Assembly (NCBI GenBank): GCA_963674825.1
Contig: OY771587.1
Coordinates: forward strand, 3,648,001-3,712,000
DNA length: 64,000 bases
Origin: Candidatus Cloacimonadales bacterium
GTDB lineage: Bacteria; Cloacimonadota; Cloacimonadia; Cloacimonadales; JAIOQZ01
Direction of reading: 5' to 3'
The notes beneath the pieces were generated by a model that was given only the letters and a program-made list of their open reading frames with translations, made no database searches and was not told the DNA's origin. The position numbers were made by a program, and so were the translations under genes. The stretch's first letter is position 1. Every line of letters begins with the position of its first letter. Below, piece by piece: positions 49,605 through 58,687 of this stretch.

Positions 49605-49613
49605 TGTTCCTCC

Positions 49614-49795
49614 AAATAAAAAACCCCGACCGCGCAGTTGCGCAGCCAGGGTTGGTTCAAAATCTATGAACGCGTGTTTCTTAGCTGTTTTGAGCGAGAA
49701 TCATGAAGCTACTCAAGGCGTCAAGGAAAAGCTTGTTCCTGAGTGCGCTGGCGTCTACGTCGCCTTGCCCCGAGCCACCCATGGAATCTATAGCT
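49614..49795 (-). promoter_or_regulatory. Structured 5' leader with intrinsic terminator directly upstream of the RBS (candidate attenuator/riboswitch)
   Basis: Minus strand AACCCTGGCTGCGC-AACT-GCGCGGTCGGGGTT-TTTTATTT immediately precedes GGAGG-ATG. Upstream hairpins GTTCA/TGAAC and GCTCGGGGCAAGG/CCTTGACGCCTTGAGT. Confidence 0.5.
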
Positions 49796-49884
49796 ATTTT
49801 AACCTAAGGAACAACAATACAAATAAATACCTGACCTTCTCTGCCGATTGGAGGCTTGAAAGTGCTTGTGTTTGATGAAATAAT

Positions 49885-49989
49885 CGTTCGTCCTTCGACT
49901 CCGCTCAGGATGACACGATTATTTTGCAACACGCTGGCAGATTGACAGTTATCAACCGTGTCATCCTGAGCGGAGTCGAAGGACGAACG
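49885..49989. repeat. Perfect 33 bp inverted pair of family C repeats
   Basis: CGTTCGTCCTTCGACTCCGCTCAGGATGACACG (49885-49917) and its exact reverse complement (49957-49989). Confidence 0.9.
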
Positions 49990-50062
49990 GTCGATAACGC
50001 ATCTGACATGTTTCGAACCAAGATCAACAGGAAATGGTTTCCCGGCATCTCGCTATTCCCCC

Positions 50063-50091
50063 TTGACATCCGATCCCATTCATATTATTCT
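50063..50091 (+). promoter_or_regulatory. Putative sigma70 promoter (probably leaderless transcript)
   Basis: TTGACA-17nt-TATTCT, 8 nt before ATG 50100. No Shine-Dalgarno. Confidence 0.6.
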
Positions 50092-50099
50092 GTCATGAT

Positions 50100-51815
50100 A
50101 TGAAAAGGATTTATGCTCTACTTATTATAAGCCTGTTGGTTACGGCGTTGGCGGCTCAGACCGCCATCGGCGACACACTCACCGTAATCTTGAAACCGCT
50201 CCTGAACATCCCGGAGATCGTTACGCCGGGCGAGCGATTCACCCTCGAATGCGACGCACCCACCAACGCCGACAACTGGCATGTCGAGCTTGTGCATGGG
50301 CAGACCGTTATCGAACTGGGGATCTATTCCGCTAACTTCTACAACAGCCTCGAGCGCTGGCAGATTCAATGCAACATCCCGGAAAACCCACCGCTTTTCG
50401 AGCTCTACGACCTGCATGTCACCGCGGATGGCATCGAAGAAGACACCGAGAAACACGCCGTGCAGATCATCCCCGAAGAACGCGAGAACTACGCTATTAT
50501 CCACATCACCGACCCGCACATGCCTACCTCGCTCTACTATTACCAGGATGGAGCGGAAACCGATTCGACCAATATCGTCGATATGCGACAGGTGATTCAG
50601 GATATCAACATCATCAATCCGGCGTTCGTACTTCTGACCGGCGATGTGGTTCACGAAGGTGAGCTGGAAGACTATTTGAACAAGCGGTATTACACACGCG
50701 CCAAACGCGTGCTCGGAGAGCTGGAAGTGCCGGTCTACGTCACGAGCGGAAACCATGATATCGGCGGCTGGGACAGCACACCTCCCGAGGACGGAACCGC
50801 GCGGAAGAACTGGTGGAAGTTCTTTGGTTGGAACCGCCTTTACGATCCGCCCTCCGGCGATCCCTACTACACGCAGAACTACAGCTTCGATTACGGCGAT
50901 GTGCATTTCATTGGACTGGAAGCCTATAATAATTATGACAATTGGCGTTGGCAAATCTACGGCTCAGACAGCTTCACCGACGGCCAGATGGAATGGCTGG
51001 AGAACGATCTCGCCGATGCGCAGGACGCCGCCAGCCGTGTTATGTTCTATCACTTCGATTTCACAGAGCAGCTCGACCTGAACGCCCTCGATGTAGATCT
51101 GGCGTTGTGGGGACACATCCACTACAACGAAGGCAGCATCCACTATCAGCCCTACGACCTTGGTACCGACAACCTCGGAGACAATACTCGCGCCTATCGC
51201 CCGATACTTGTGAACAACAACGTCGTCGATCCGCAGGAAACTGTTTATGCCGGCTACAGCGGACAGAATCTTCGGGTCAACTACTCGCCATCCAACGAAG
51301 GCGTCGAAGATTCGGTCGAAGCCGATGTTCACAACGGGCTCGGAATATCGTTTACCGGTTGCAGACTCAAGTTTGTCATGCCATCCACCAATTATGGATA
51401 TATCGTGGAAGACGGTGAGCTCGAGCAGGTGGACCGTTCCGGTGAATTCAATATCTGCTATGTCAGCTTTGACTTGCCAGAAAACGAGGACGTAACTGTC
51501 AGTATCGCCACCGATTACGATATCGCAGTGGATCCTGTCACCGATAGCCCAACGATTGATGGTATCTCAACCATCGCGCCGAACCCGTTCAATCCTGTAA
51601 CCCGCATCTATTACACGCTTTCCAGTGATACAGACGTTAAACTACATATATATAATGTTCGAGGTGCTCGCGTAGCCACATTGGATCAGTACCACCAGAA
51701 AGCCGGTAGTCATTCCGTTCTGTGGGATGCTGATGGACAACCCTCCGGTATTTATTTGATCGAGATGATTACGCAGAATAATCGATCTATCCAGAAAGCG
51801 ATCTTGCTGAAATAG
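50100..51815 (+). CDS. Secreted calcineurin-like metallophosphoesterase with FlgD-Ig/T9SS-type C-terminal domain
   Basis: Signal peptide. TDPH, TGD, GNHD, GHIH motifs. APNPFNPVT...YNVRG...SGIY...KAILLK. Confidence 0.88.
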   Translation: MKRIYALLIISLLVTALAAQTAIGDTLTVILKPLLNIPEIVTPGERFTLECDAPTNADNWHVELVHGQTVIELGIYSANFYNSLERWQIQCNIPENPPLFELYDLHVTADGIEEDTEKHAVQIIPEERENYAIIHITDPHMPTSLYYYQDGAETDSTNIVDMRQVIQDINIINPAFVLLTGDVVHEGELEDYLNKRYYTRAKRVLGELEVPVYVTSGNHDIGGWDSTPPEDGTARKNWWKFFGWNRLYDPPSGDPYYTQNYSFDYGDVHFIGLEAYNNYDNWRWQIYGSDSFTDGQMEWLENDLADAQDAASRVMFYHFDFTEQLDLNALDVDLALWGHIHYNEGSIHYQPYDLGTDNLGDNTRAYRPILVNNNVVDPQETVYAGYSGQNLRVNYSPSNEGVEDSVEADVHNGLGISFTGCRLKFVMPSTNYGYIVEDGELEQVDRSGEFNICYVSFDLPENEDVTVSIATDYDIAVDPVTDSPTIDGISTIAPNPFNPVTRIYYTLSSDTDVKLHIYNVRGARVATLDQYHQKAGSHSVLWDADGQPSGIYLIEMITQNNRSIQKAILLK

Positions 51816-51827
51816 CCCAAAGCGTAG

Positions 51828-52265
51828 CGTGTCATGCTGAGTGACCCGATTTGTCGGGTCGTATTGCAGAACGAAACAACAAGCGATGAAGTCAACATTC
51901 GGAAGATGATTTCATAAGAAACGGGCAGGCACAGGGACCTGCCCCTACAGCCCCCTGGGTACGCATAGCTCCTGTATGCATCTCTCCATGGAACGCGGAC
52001 GTCTGTGAATTTGCATGCAAATTCGAATCTTCCAAAATCCTCCGCATTCTCTCGCTCCCTTGGAACGCCAAGACCAGCGATTATCCGACGCAATCTGATA
52101 AATCGAATCTTCTATAGCTTTGCATTCTCCTTCTCTATGGATCGCCAAGCCCCAGCTTGGCATTTCTCTCTCTTCAGCACGACACAACAAGCGATGAAAT
52201 CAACATTCACAAGAGCCTCACTACGTTCAACACATTCAGAAAAATGATTTCATGAGAGACGGGCA
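51828..52265. repeat. Mosaic repeat cluster (family C variant, family A, family B variants, direct repeat)
   Basis: C-variant 51828-51870. A copy 51923-51948 (-). B variants 51956-51981 and 51988-52050. Direct repeat ACAACAAGCGATGAA(G/A)TCAACATTC at 51876 and 52184. Confidence 0.7.
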
Positions 52266-52390
52266 ATCTCGCCACGCATCAGCTTATTATCGATAATCGT
52301 CGAGGTATTTCTCAAGTTTTGCCGTAAATATTACGATATTAGCTTGACGCTTTATCCATATTCTTGAAATTGTCGAGCAGGAGGTACGCC

Positions 52391-54487
52391 ATGTCGAAAT
52401 TTGAAAAGATATTTGGGGAACTGACCTTCAGCAAATCTGTGATGAAACGGAAGCTGAGCAAAGATACATATGAAAAGATCATCGCTACAATGGAGAGCGG
52501 TGAGCCATTGGACGAGGAAATCGCGGCCGATATTGCCCACGCGATGAAAGAATGGGCGTTGGATGCCGGCGCAACACACTTCACCCACTGGTTTCAGCCA
52601 CAACGCGGTGGAACCGCCGAGAAACACGATGCCTTCATCTGCTACGACGATGACGGTGAGATCATCGAAAGATTTTCGCCGGACAGACTGATCCGCTCCG
52701 AACCGGATGCATCATCTTTCCCTTCCGGAGGAATGCGCTCGACCTTCGAAGCGCGAGGCTACACAGCCTGGGATCCCACATCACCGGCGTTTCTGCTCGA
52801 ATCGGGTGACGCGAGAACGCTGGTCATCCCGTCGGTTTTCCTGGCCTGGACAGGTGAGGTGCTAGACATCAAAACGCCGATGCTGCGCTCGCAACGAGCC
52901 CTGAACGATGCTGTCATCAGGTTACAGAAGTTACTCGGGAATCGATTTGCCAAACGCACAAGAGTCTTGCTCGGGCCTGAACAGGAGTATTTCCTTGTAC
53001 CAAAAGAGCTCTACAGCCAGCGTCCCGACCTCCAGCTCTGCAAACGCACCCTTTTCGGAGCTCCTTCCCCCAAGGGTCAGCAGATGGAAGATCACTATTT
53101 CGGTAGCATCAAGCCGCGCATCATGGCGTTCATGGCTGATCTCGATAACGAACTCTATCGCCGGGGAATCCCCAGCAAAACGCGCCACAATGAGGTTTCG
53201 CCCAACCAGTTCGAGATGGCTCCGCTCTACGAAGACGCAAATCTCGCGGTGGATCACAACCTCCAGGTCATGGCGCTACTGGACACTATCGCCGGACGGC
53301 ACGGGTTGGTGGCAATCCTTCACGAAAAACCATTTGCCGGCCTGAACGGTAGCGGCAAGCACCTCAACTGGTCGATCTGCGACAACACAGGCGCAAACTA
53401 CCTTGAGCCATCGAAATCACCGCTCAAAAACATCAGCTTTCTGATCACAGTCGCAGCAATCCTTCTGGGCGTACATCGCTTCGGCGGCCTGCTACGCGCA
53501 TCGGTATCGGACGCCGGTAATGATCACCGTCTTGGTGGAGGCGAAGCGCCTCCAGGCATCATGTCAGTGTACCTCGGCCAGTACCTCAACGAATTACTGG
53601 ATGAGATCGAAGGGATCGGCAAGCTTTCGGTGAAGACGATGGAAGATATCAACCTCGGCGTACAGAAACTTCCACGGATCGCCAAAGACATCGCTGATCG
53701 CAACCGCACCTCCCCTATCGCGTTTACGGGCAACAAATTCGAGTTCCGCCCCGTGGGCTCAAACCAGAATTGCGCTGAATCGGCCACCATCATGAATCTG
53801 ATCATCGCATGGGGTTACGACCAGATATATAAGAAGTTGAAGGCACGCAAAGGCAACGTGAAAGAAAGCGCGTTCCTGGTGATTAAAGAAGTCCTGAAGG
53901 AAACCCATGCTGTGCGATTTGAAGGAAATAACTATTCAGACGAATGGCGACAGGAAGCTCAAAAGCGCGGACTGCCCATCGCGGATAACACACCTCAAGC
54001 ATTGCGTTTCTATCTCGACGAGGATGTGAAGAAGCTCTTCAGCGAATATCATGTGCTTTCTGAGCGCGAACTGATCTCGAAGGTAGATATAAAACTCGAA
54101 GCCTACATCAAGACACTGGAGATCGAGTTTCGTACCGCCATCGAACTGGTCAACACCCGCGTGATGCCGTCTCTGACGCGTCACCTTAAGTTGCTGACCG
54201 AGACATACGCCGGACTGCTCAAAGCAGAGATCACCTCCGATGCCATGCGAGAAGAGATTCGTATTCTGGAGAAGATCTTCAGCGACCTTGCCCAGCATAT
54301 CAAAACAATGAAAGACATCCTTGCAAAAGGCGAAACAATCGAAGACCTTTTCGAACGGGCAGATTTCTACGCCGCAGAAGGACTTTCATCGCTTGATCGG
54401 ATGCGTACTGATGTAGATATGGTGGAGTCGTATGTTGCGGATGACCTTTGGGCGTTGCCTCGCTACTACCAACTCCTAAAACAGTAG
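52391..54487 (+). CDS. Glutamine synthetase type III
   Basis: GATHFTHWFQP...AEKHD, EPDASSFPSGGMRSTFEARGYTAWD, HNEVSPNQFE, NGSGKH, DRNRTSP, NKFEFR. RBS AGGAGG. Confidence 0.95.
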   Translation: MSKFEKIFGELTFSKSVMKRKLSKDTYEKIIATMESGEPLDEEIAADIAHAMKEWALDAGATHFTHWFQPQRGGTAEKHDAFICYDDDGEIIERFSPDRLIRSEPDASSFPSGGMRSTFEARGYTAWDPTSPAFLLESGDARTLVIPSVFLAWTGEVLDIKTPMLRSQRALNDAVIRLQKLLGNRFAKRTRVLLGPEQEYFLVPKELYSQRPDLQLCKRTLFGAPSPKGQQMEDHYFGSIKPRIMAFMADLDNELYRRGIPSKTRHNEVSPNQFEMAPLYEDANLAVDHNLQVMALLDTIAGRHGLVAILHEKPFAGLNGSGKHLNWSICDNTGANYLEPSKSPLKNISFLITVAAILLGVHRFGGLLRASVSDAGNDHRLGGGEAPPGIMSVYLGQYLNELLDEIEGIGKLSVKTMEDINLGVQKLPRIAKDIADRNRTSPIAFTGNKFEFRPVGSNQNCAESATIMNLIIAWGYDQIYKKLKARKGNVKESAFLVIKEVLKETHAVRFEGNNYSDEWRQEAQKRGLPIADNTPQALRFYLDEDVKKLFSEYHVLSERELISKVDIKLEAYIKTLEIEFRTAIELVNTRVMPSLTRHLKLLTETYAGLLKAEITSDAMREEIRILEKIFSDLAQHIKTMKDILAKGETIEDLFERADFYAAEGLSSLDRMRTDVDMVESYVADDLWALPRYYQLLKQ

Positions 54488-54500
54488 ATCATTATTCGGA

Positions 54501-54527
54501 GCCATGAGCGGTAGCACCGTTCATGGC
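54501..54527 (+). terminator. Hairpin after GSIII (weak U-tract)
   Basis: GCCATGAGCGGT-AGC-ACCGTTCATGGC. Confidence 0.5.
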
Positions 54528-54607
54528 ACCGAGTATTAATTTCCACATATTCTTCGGAAAACCTCGAAAATTAGCTTCTCTTTGTTTTTTCGCAAAAATC
54601 TTCTAAA

Positions 54608-54623
54608 TGGAACATTCTTTGCA
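54608..54623 (+). promoter_or_regulatory. Putative sigma54 (-24/-12) promoter
   Basis: TGGAACATTCTTTGCA has GG-N10-GC spacing, 35 nt upstream of the C25 peptidase ATG. Confidence 0.55.
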
Positions 54624-54658
54624 AGATAGATGGCATCGCAACATCCAGGGGGTGCTCC

Positions 54659-57600
54659 ATGAGGAAGCTAATTTTTTTTACGTTAACACTTGTAATTTGC
54701 TTATCGCTATTTTCTGAGACAATCCAGTCAACATACGATTTCGATAGGCCAACGATCGAAGTTAAAAACGGAAAAAGCCTGGTCTCCGTTCGTGGCCTGA
54801 TGCCAGCGGGTGAACCCGGCGAGCCGCTTCTCCCTGCATATCCCGTGAAAATGCTGATCCCGCAGTTCCATAATGTTATCAGCATTACCGTGACGGGCGA
54901 TGCAGAGACAATCGCACTCGATCAGCCGATTTTCCCGGCACAGCAACAGTATCCGCTCAGCCAGCTTGACGCCATGAAACCATCGTTTACGAACCTTCGT
55001 GACGATGTTGCATCTATGAACGTCTTCCCCAGCGAAAATAGCGGAAACCAGATCGTCGGTTCCTACCGTGGTTACAGTATTTACAGTGTTCTGCTCTATC
55101 CGGTTCGTTATTTACACGCTGAAAACGCGATTGAGTATTACTCGCACCTCGAAGTAACCATCGAGACAGCTTTCGATCCCACAAGCCAGCGTGGTGCTAA
55201 CTTCGTCCGCAAAGATGAAAACACCTTGAAGCGCCTGCAACAGATGGTTTCCAATCCCGAAGCAGCGTACGGCTATATCGAACCGACCCAAGACAGGGAC
55301 CGTGACGAATATGACTACCTTGTCATTACACGCTCTGCGCTGATCGATGAATTCCAGCCTCTGGTCGACTACAAGAATAGTCTTGGCATCATGACAAACA
55401 TTGTAAGCGTAGAAGACGTACTGTCAACGTCGGAAGGTGACGATGATCAAGAAAAAATCAGAAACTATATTATCAACGAATACACAGAAAGCGGCATCGA
55501 CTATGTTCTTCTCGCCGCAGACGATGAATATATCCCACACCGTGGATTCCGCGTAAACCCAGGCAGCTACGACGACACAGACATCCCCAGTGATCTCTAC
55601 TACTTCAACCTCGACGGTTCCTGGAACGATGACAATGACGCATACTGGGGCGAATTCAACGAAGTTGATTTCTATGGTGAAGTTTTTGGCGGACGCGCAA
55701 GTGTTGACGATAGCGCCGAAGCAACGAACTTTGTTAACAAGCAGCTCATGTATCAAACCGAACCGGTTGTCGATGAGCTGACCAACAACGCACTGATCGG
55801 AGAAGATCTCGGCTGGACTTCCTGGGGCATGGACTACATGGAAGAGATCCGGCTTGGCTGCAGCAGCTACGGTTACACTACTGTCGGAATCCCTGACCAT
55901 ATCGATGTCGAAACGCTTTACGACGCACAGGGAACATGGTATGCCAGCCAGCTTTTCAGCTTGATGAACAGCGGTAAAAACCTTATCGGACACCTTGGTC
56001 ATTGCTCAACACATTACAATATGAAGTTCTATAACGATGATGTATCATCAACCAATATCACCAACAACGGCGTAAACCACAACTTCTACATCATCTACAC
56101 CCAGGGTTGCTATTGCAATGCTTTCGACAATCGTGACACCAACGGATATTACTCCACAACAGATGCGATCTCAGAAGTTTGGAACGACTTCGTCAACGGC
56201 CCCGTCTGCTACGTTGGTAACACCCGTTATGGATGGGGCGACGGACAGGCGACAAATGGCGCGTCTCAGCATCTTCAACGCGAATTTTACGATGCGCTTT
56301 ACGGTGAAAACCTTACGCGTATCTCTGAAGCCCAAGCCGATAGCAAGGACGATACTGTCCCCTATCTGAGCGCAAATACCGTGTTGTTATGGTCATACTT
56401 CGAGTCAACCGTACTCGGTGATCCCACCTTGGACATCTGGTCCGATTCCCCGGCGAATGCCAGCATCGACACAGATGATTTCCTGCCGATCGGCTGTACA
56501 TCGATTGATCTGACCGTTACAGTGAATGACACTTCGATCGGCGATATGCTCGTTGCCGCGATATTCAATGGTGAACTCATTGGACGGACTACTCTGCAGA
56601 ATGGCGTCGCCGGCGAAATCAACTTCACTATTCCACCCGAAACGCCAGGTACGCTTACCATTAACGTCTCTGGCCATAATCTGCTGAACGTATCGACCGA
56701 AGTCGATGTGATCGCACCGGACGAAGCGTTCATCATTCCGGGAACCTATAGCTTCATCGACGACAATAACAACCAGCTTGGGTGGAACGAATCGACTGAG
56801 ATGATCGTCCCTGCAAGCAATGTCGGCAACTTGGCGGCTGAAGGCGTTACAGCGACAATCACCACCGATTGTGCATACATCACACTTGATCAAGACGAAG
56901 TGGACTATGGAACCGTCGGCGCACAGACTGTTGCCGATCCGGCATCGGGATTCCTGATGACGGTTGCGAACGATGTCCCGCTGGGTACAGTCGCAGAATT
57001 CACGGTAACTTTTTCAAATAATGATGATACCTGGGAATACCAGATCTCCGTTCCGATCCAGATGCCCAATTTCATCTTCCAGAATGAGAGCTTCGAAGAG
57101 CTTTCGGGTAACGGAAATGAGATGCCGGATCCGGGTGAACTGATCCGCATTACTACCGAGATTGTAAACGATACCGATTTCACGCTGGACACACTACGCG
57201 TCTATCTCAGCACCGATAACGACATGGTCTCCATCACTCCCGATTACCTGAATTTCAATGGTATCACACCTGGCGATATGGAAAATCTGGAGTACTTCAA
57301 TATCACGCTCAGCAGCGAACTCGAATCGGCCACCAACATCGTCTTCTATATGAATGTTCTCACTGATCGCGGATACCAGTATGATCGCATTGTGAACCTT
57401 TCAATCAGCCCGTTCTTCGATACTGTAGAGTCTGATTTCTACCAATGGAACTCCTATGTACTGGAAACAGGAACCGTCAACCAATGGCATGTCAGCGAAC
57501 AGAATAATCACACTGTCAATGGTGACGCGAGCTGGAAGAGCGGCGACACCGGTAATTCCGAATATGAAAATGATAGCTTCGCCGCGCTGCAGAGTCCTGC

Positions 57601-58519
57601 CGTAACAGTATCCGATGATTCCTGGCTCACTTTCTGGCACAGAATGGAAGCTGAAATCAGCGGTAACTATGAAGGTTATGCATACGATGGTGGCTACGTT
57701 GAAGTTTCTGACGACGAAGGATCCACCTGGACGCAGATTGAACCAGAAGGTGGATATCCGTACCTTTCTCGTGGTGACAGCTGTCATCTTCCTGCCGATA
57801 CGCCACTCTTCTCAGGCGACCATGACTGGGAGCAGGTTTACTTTGACCTCGCAGAATACGCTGGACAGACGATTTTAATTCGCTTCGTGTTCCAGAGTGA
57901 CGGCAACACCGCTTACGAAGGCTGGTTTATCGATGATATTCAGATCATGCTGAACAGCCCGTTAGTACCGCCGACTAACCTGAATGGTTATTACACGGAA
58001 GGTATTGCTCAGATCAGTTGGGAAAGCCCGGACATTCCACTCGATTGCTTTGTCGTTATGCGTGACGGCGTAGTGATCGCGGAAAATGTTGCATCCAACA
58101 CTATCTGCGACGATCTCACCGGAGAAACGGGAACTCAGTTCACCTATACCGTAGCAAGCGTTCGCGGTGATGATATTTCGGACTTCAGCGAAGATTATAT
58201 CCTGTACGTAACCTCGACCGAAGGCAACGACATCCCCGTCTATGTGAACAACCTGTGGCAAAACTACCCCAATCCGTTCAATCCGGAGACGAAGATTCGC
58301 TTCACTGTCAGCGAGAAGCAGGATGTCAACTTGAAGGTGTATAATGTACGTGGACAGTTGGTTCTTACGCTTGTCAGCGACAAACTCGATGCCGGATTGC
58401 ACGAGATTACCTGGCAAGGTCGCAACGAACATGACAAGCCGGTTGGCAGCGGTGTCTATTTCTATCGTCTGGACATCGGTGGTGATCGGTTCGTCAAGAA
58501 GATGCTTTTACTGAAATAA
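54659..58519 (+). CDS. Gingipain-like C25 cysteine peptidase with propeptide, Ig-like/jelly-roll accessory domains and FlgD-Ig/T9SS-type C-terminal domain
   Basis: Propeptide GEPGEPLLP. YVLLAAD, SDLYY, HLGHC (His), QGCYC (Cys), LGDP. YDGGYVE...GWFIDDI jelly-roll. NYPNPFNPET...KMLLLK. Confidence 0.9.
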   Translation: MRKLIFFTLTLVICLSLFSETIQSTYDFDRPTIEVKNGKSLVSVRGLMPAGEPGEPLLPAYPVKMLIPQFHNVISITVTGDAETIALDQPIFPAQQQYPLSQLDAMKPSFTNLRDDVASMNVFPSENSGNQIVGSYRGYSIYSVLLYPVRYLHAENAIEYYSHLEVTIETAFDPTSQRGANFVRKDENTLKRLQQMVSNPEAAYGYIEPTQDRDRDEYDYLVITRSALIDEFQPLVDYKNSLGIMTNIVSVEDVLSTSEGDDDQEKIRNYIINEYTESGIDYVLLAADDEYIPHRGFRVNPGSYDDTDIPSDLYYFNLDGSWNDDNDAYWGEFNEVDFYGEVFGGRASVDDSAEATNFVNKQLMYQTEPVVDELTNNALIGEDLGWTSWGMDYMEEIRLGCSSYGYTTVGIPDHIDVETLYDAQGTWYASQLFSLMNSGKNLIGHLGHCSTHYNMKFYNDDVSSTNITNNGVNHNFYIIYTQGCYCNAFDNRDTNGYYSTTDAISEVWNDFVNGPVCYVGNTRYGWGDGQATNGASQHLQREFYDALYGENLTRISEAQADSKDDTVPYLSANTVLLWSYFESTVLGDPTLDIWSDSPANASIDTDDFLPIGCTSIDLTVTVNDTSIGDMLVAAIFNGELIGRTTLQNGVAGEINFTIPPETPGTLTINVSGHNLLNVSTEVDVIAPDEAFIIPGTYSFIDDNNNQLGWNESTEMIVPASNVGNLAAEGVTATITTDCAYITLDQDEVDYGTVGAQTVADPASGFLMTVANDVPLGTVAEFTVTFSNNDDTWEYQISVPIQMPNFIFQNESFEELSGNGNEMPDPGELIRITTEIVNDTDFTLDTLRVYLSTDNDMVSITPDYLNFNGITPGDMENLEYFNITLSSELESATNIVFYMNVLTDRGYQYDRIVNLSISPFFDTVESDFYQWNSYVLETGTVNQWHVSEQNNHTVNGDASWKSGDTGNSEYENDSFAALQSPAVTVSDDSWLTFWHRMEAEISGNYEGYAYDGGYVEVSDDEGSTWTQIEPEGGYPYLSRGDSCHLPADTPLFSGDHDWEQVYFDLAEYAGQTILIRFVFQSDGNTAYEGWFIDDIQIMLNSPLVPPTNLNGYYTEGIAQISWESPDIPLDCFVVMRDGVVIAENVASNTICDDLTGETGTQFTYTVASVRGDDISDFSEDYILYVTSTEGNDIPVYVNNLWQNYPNPFNPETKIRFTVSEKQDVNLKVYNVRGQLVLTLVSDKLDAGLHEITWQGRNEHDKPVGSGVYFYRLDIGGDRFVKKMLLLK

Positions 58520-58561
58520 ATCCTTGGATCTCCTCCTTCTTCTCGGCTTTGGCTGTGAAGA

Positions 58562-58604
58562 AAACATTCGCTCCCGATTCCCCTCATCGGGAGCGATTTG
58601 TTTT
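58562..58604. terminator. Bidirectional terminator-like hairpin
   Basis: AAACAtTCGCTCCCGAT-loop-ATCGGGAGCGAtTTGTTT between convergent genes. Confidence 0.7.
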
Positions 58605-58613
58605 GGGAATACT

Positions 58614-58671
58614 TGGTACGCAGACGTCTCGTCTGCAAAAAGAAAGGGCAGACACAATGGTCTGCCCCCAC
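58614..58671. repeat. Composite REP-like doublet: family B (58614-58637, +) and family A (58646-58671, -)
   Basis: TGGTACGCAGACGTCTCGTCTGCA then GGGCAGACACAATGGTCTGCCCCCAC. Inverted counterpart of 9333-9392. Confidence 0.7.
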
Positions 58672-58687
58672 GAAGAATGATTGAATC

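Noticed and set aside
49680..49781. 33-codon leader peptide MGGSGQGDVDASALRNKLFLDALSSFMILAQNS upstream of the ABC operon
   Set aside because: No SD and no run of regulatory codons. The RNA structure explains the region better.
51828..52265. Possible CRISPR array
   Set aside because: Only two direct-repeat copies ~300 nt apart, no regular repeat-spacer period and no cas genes.
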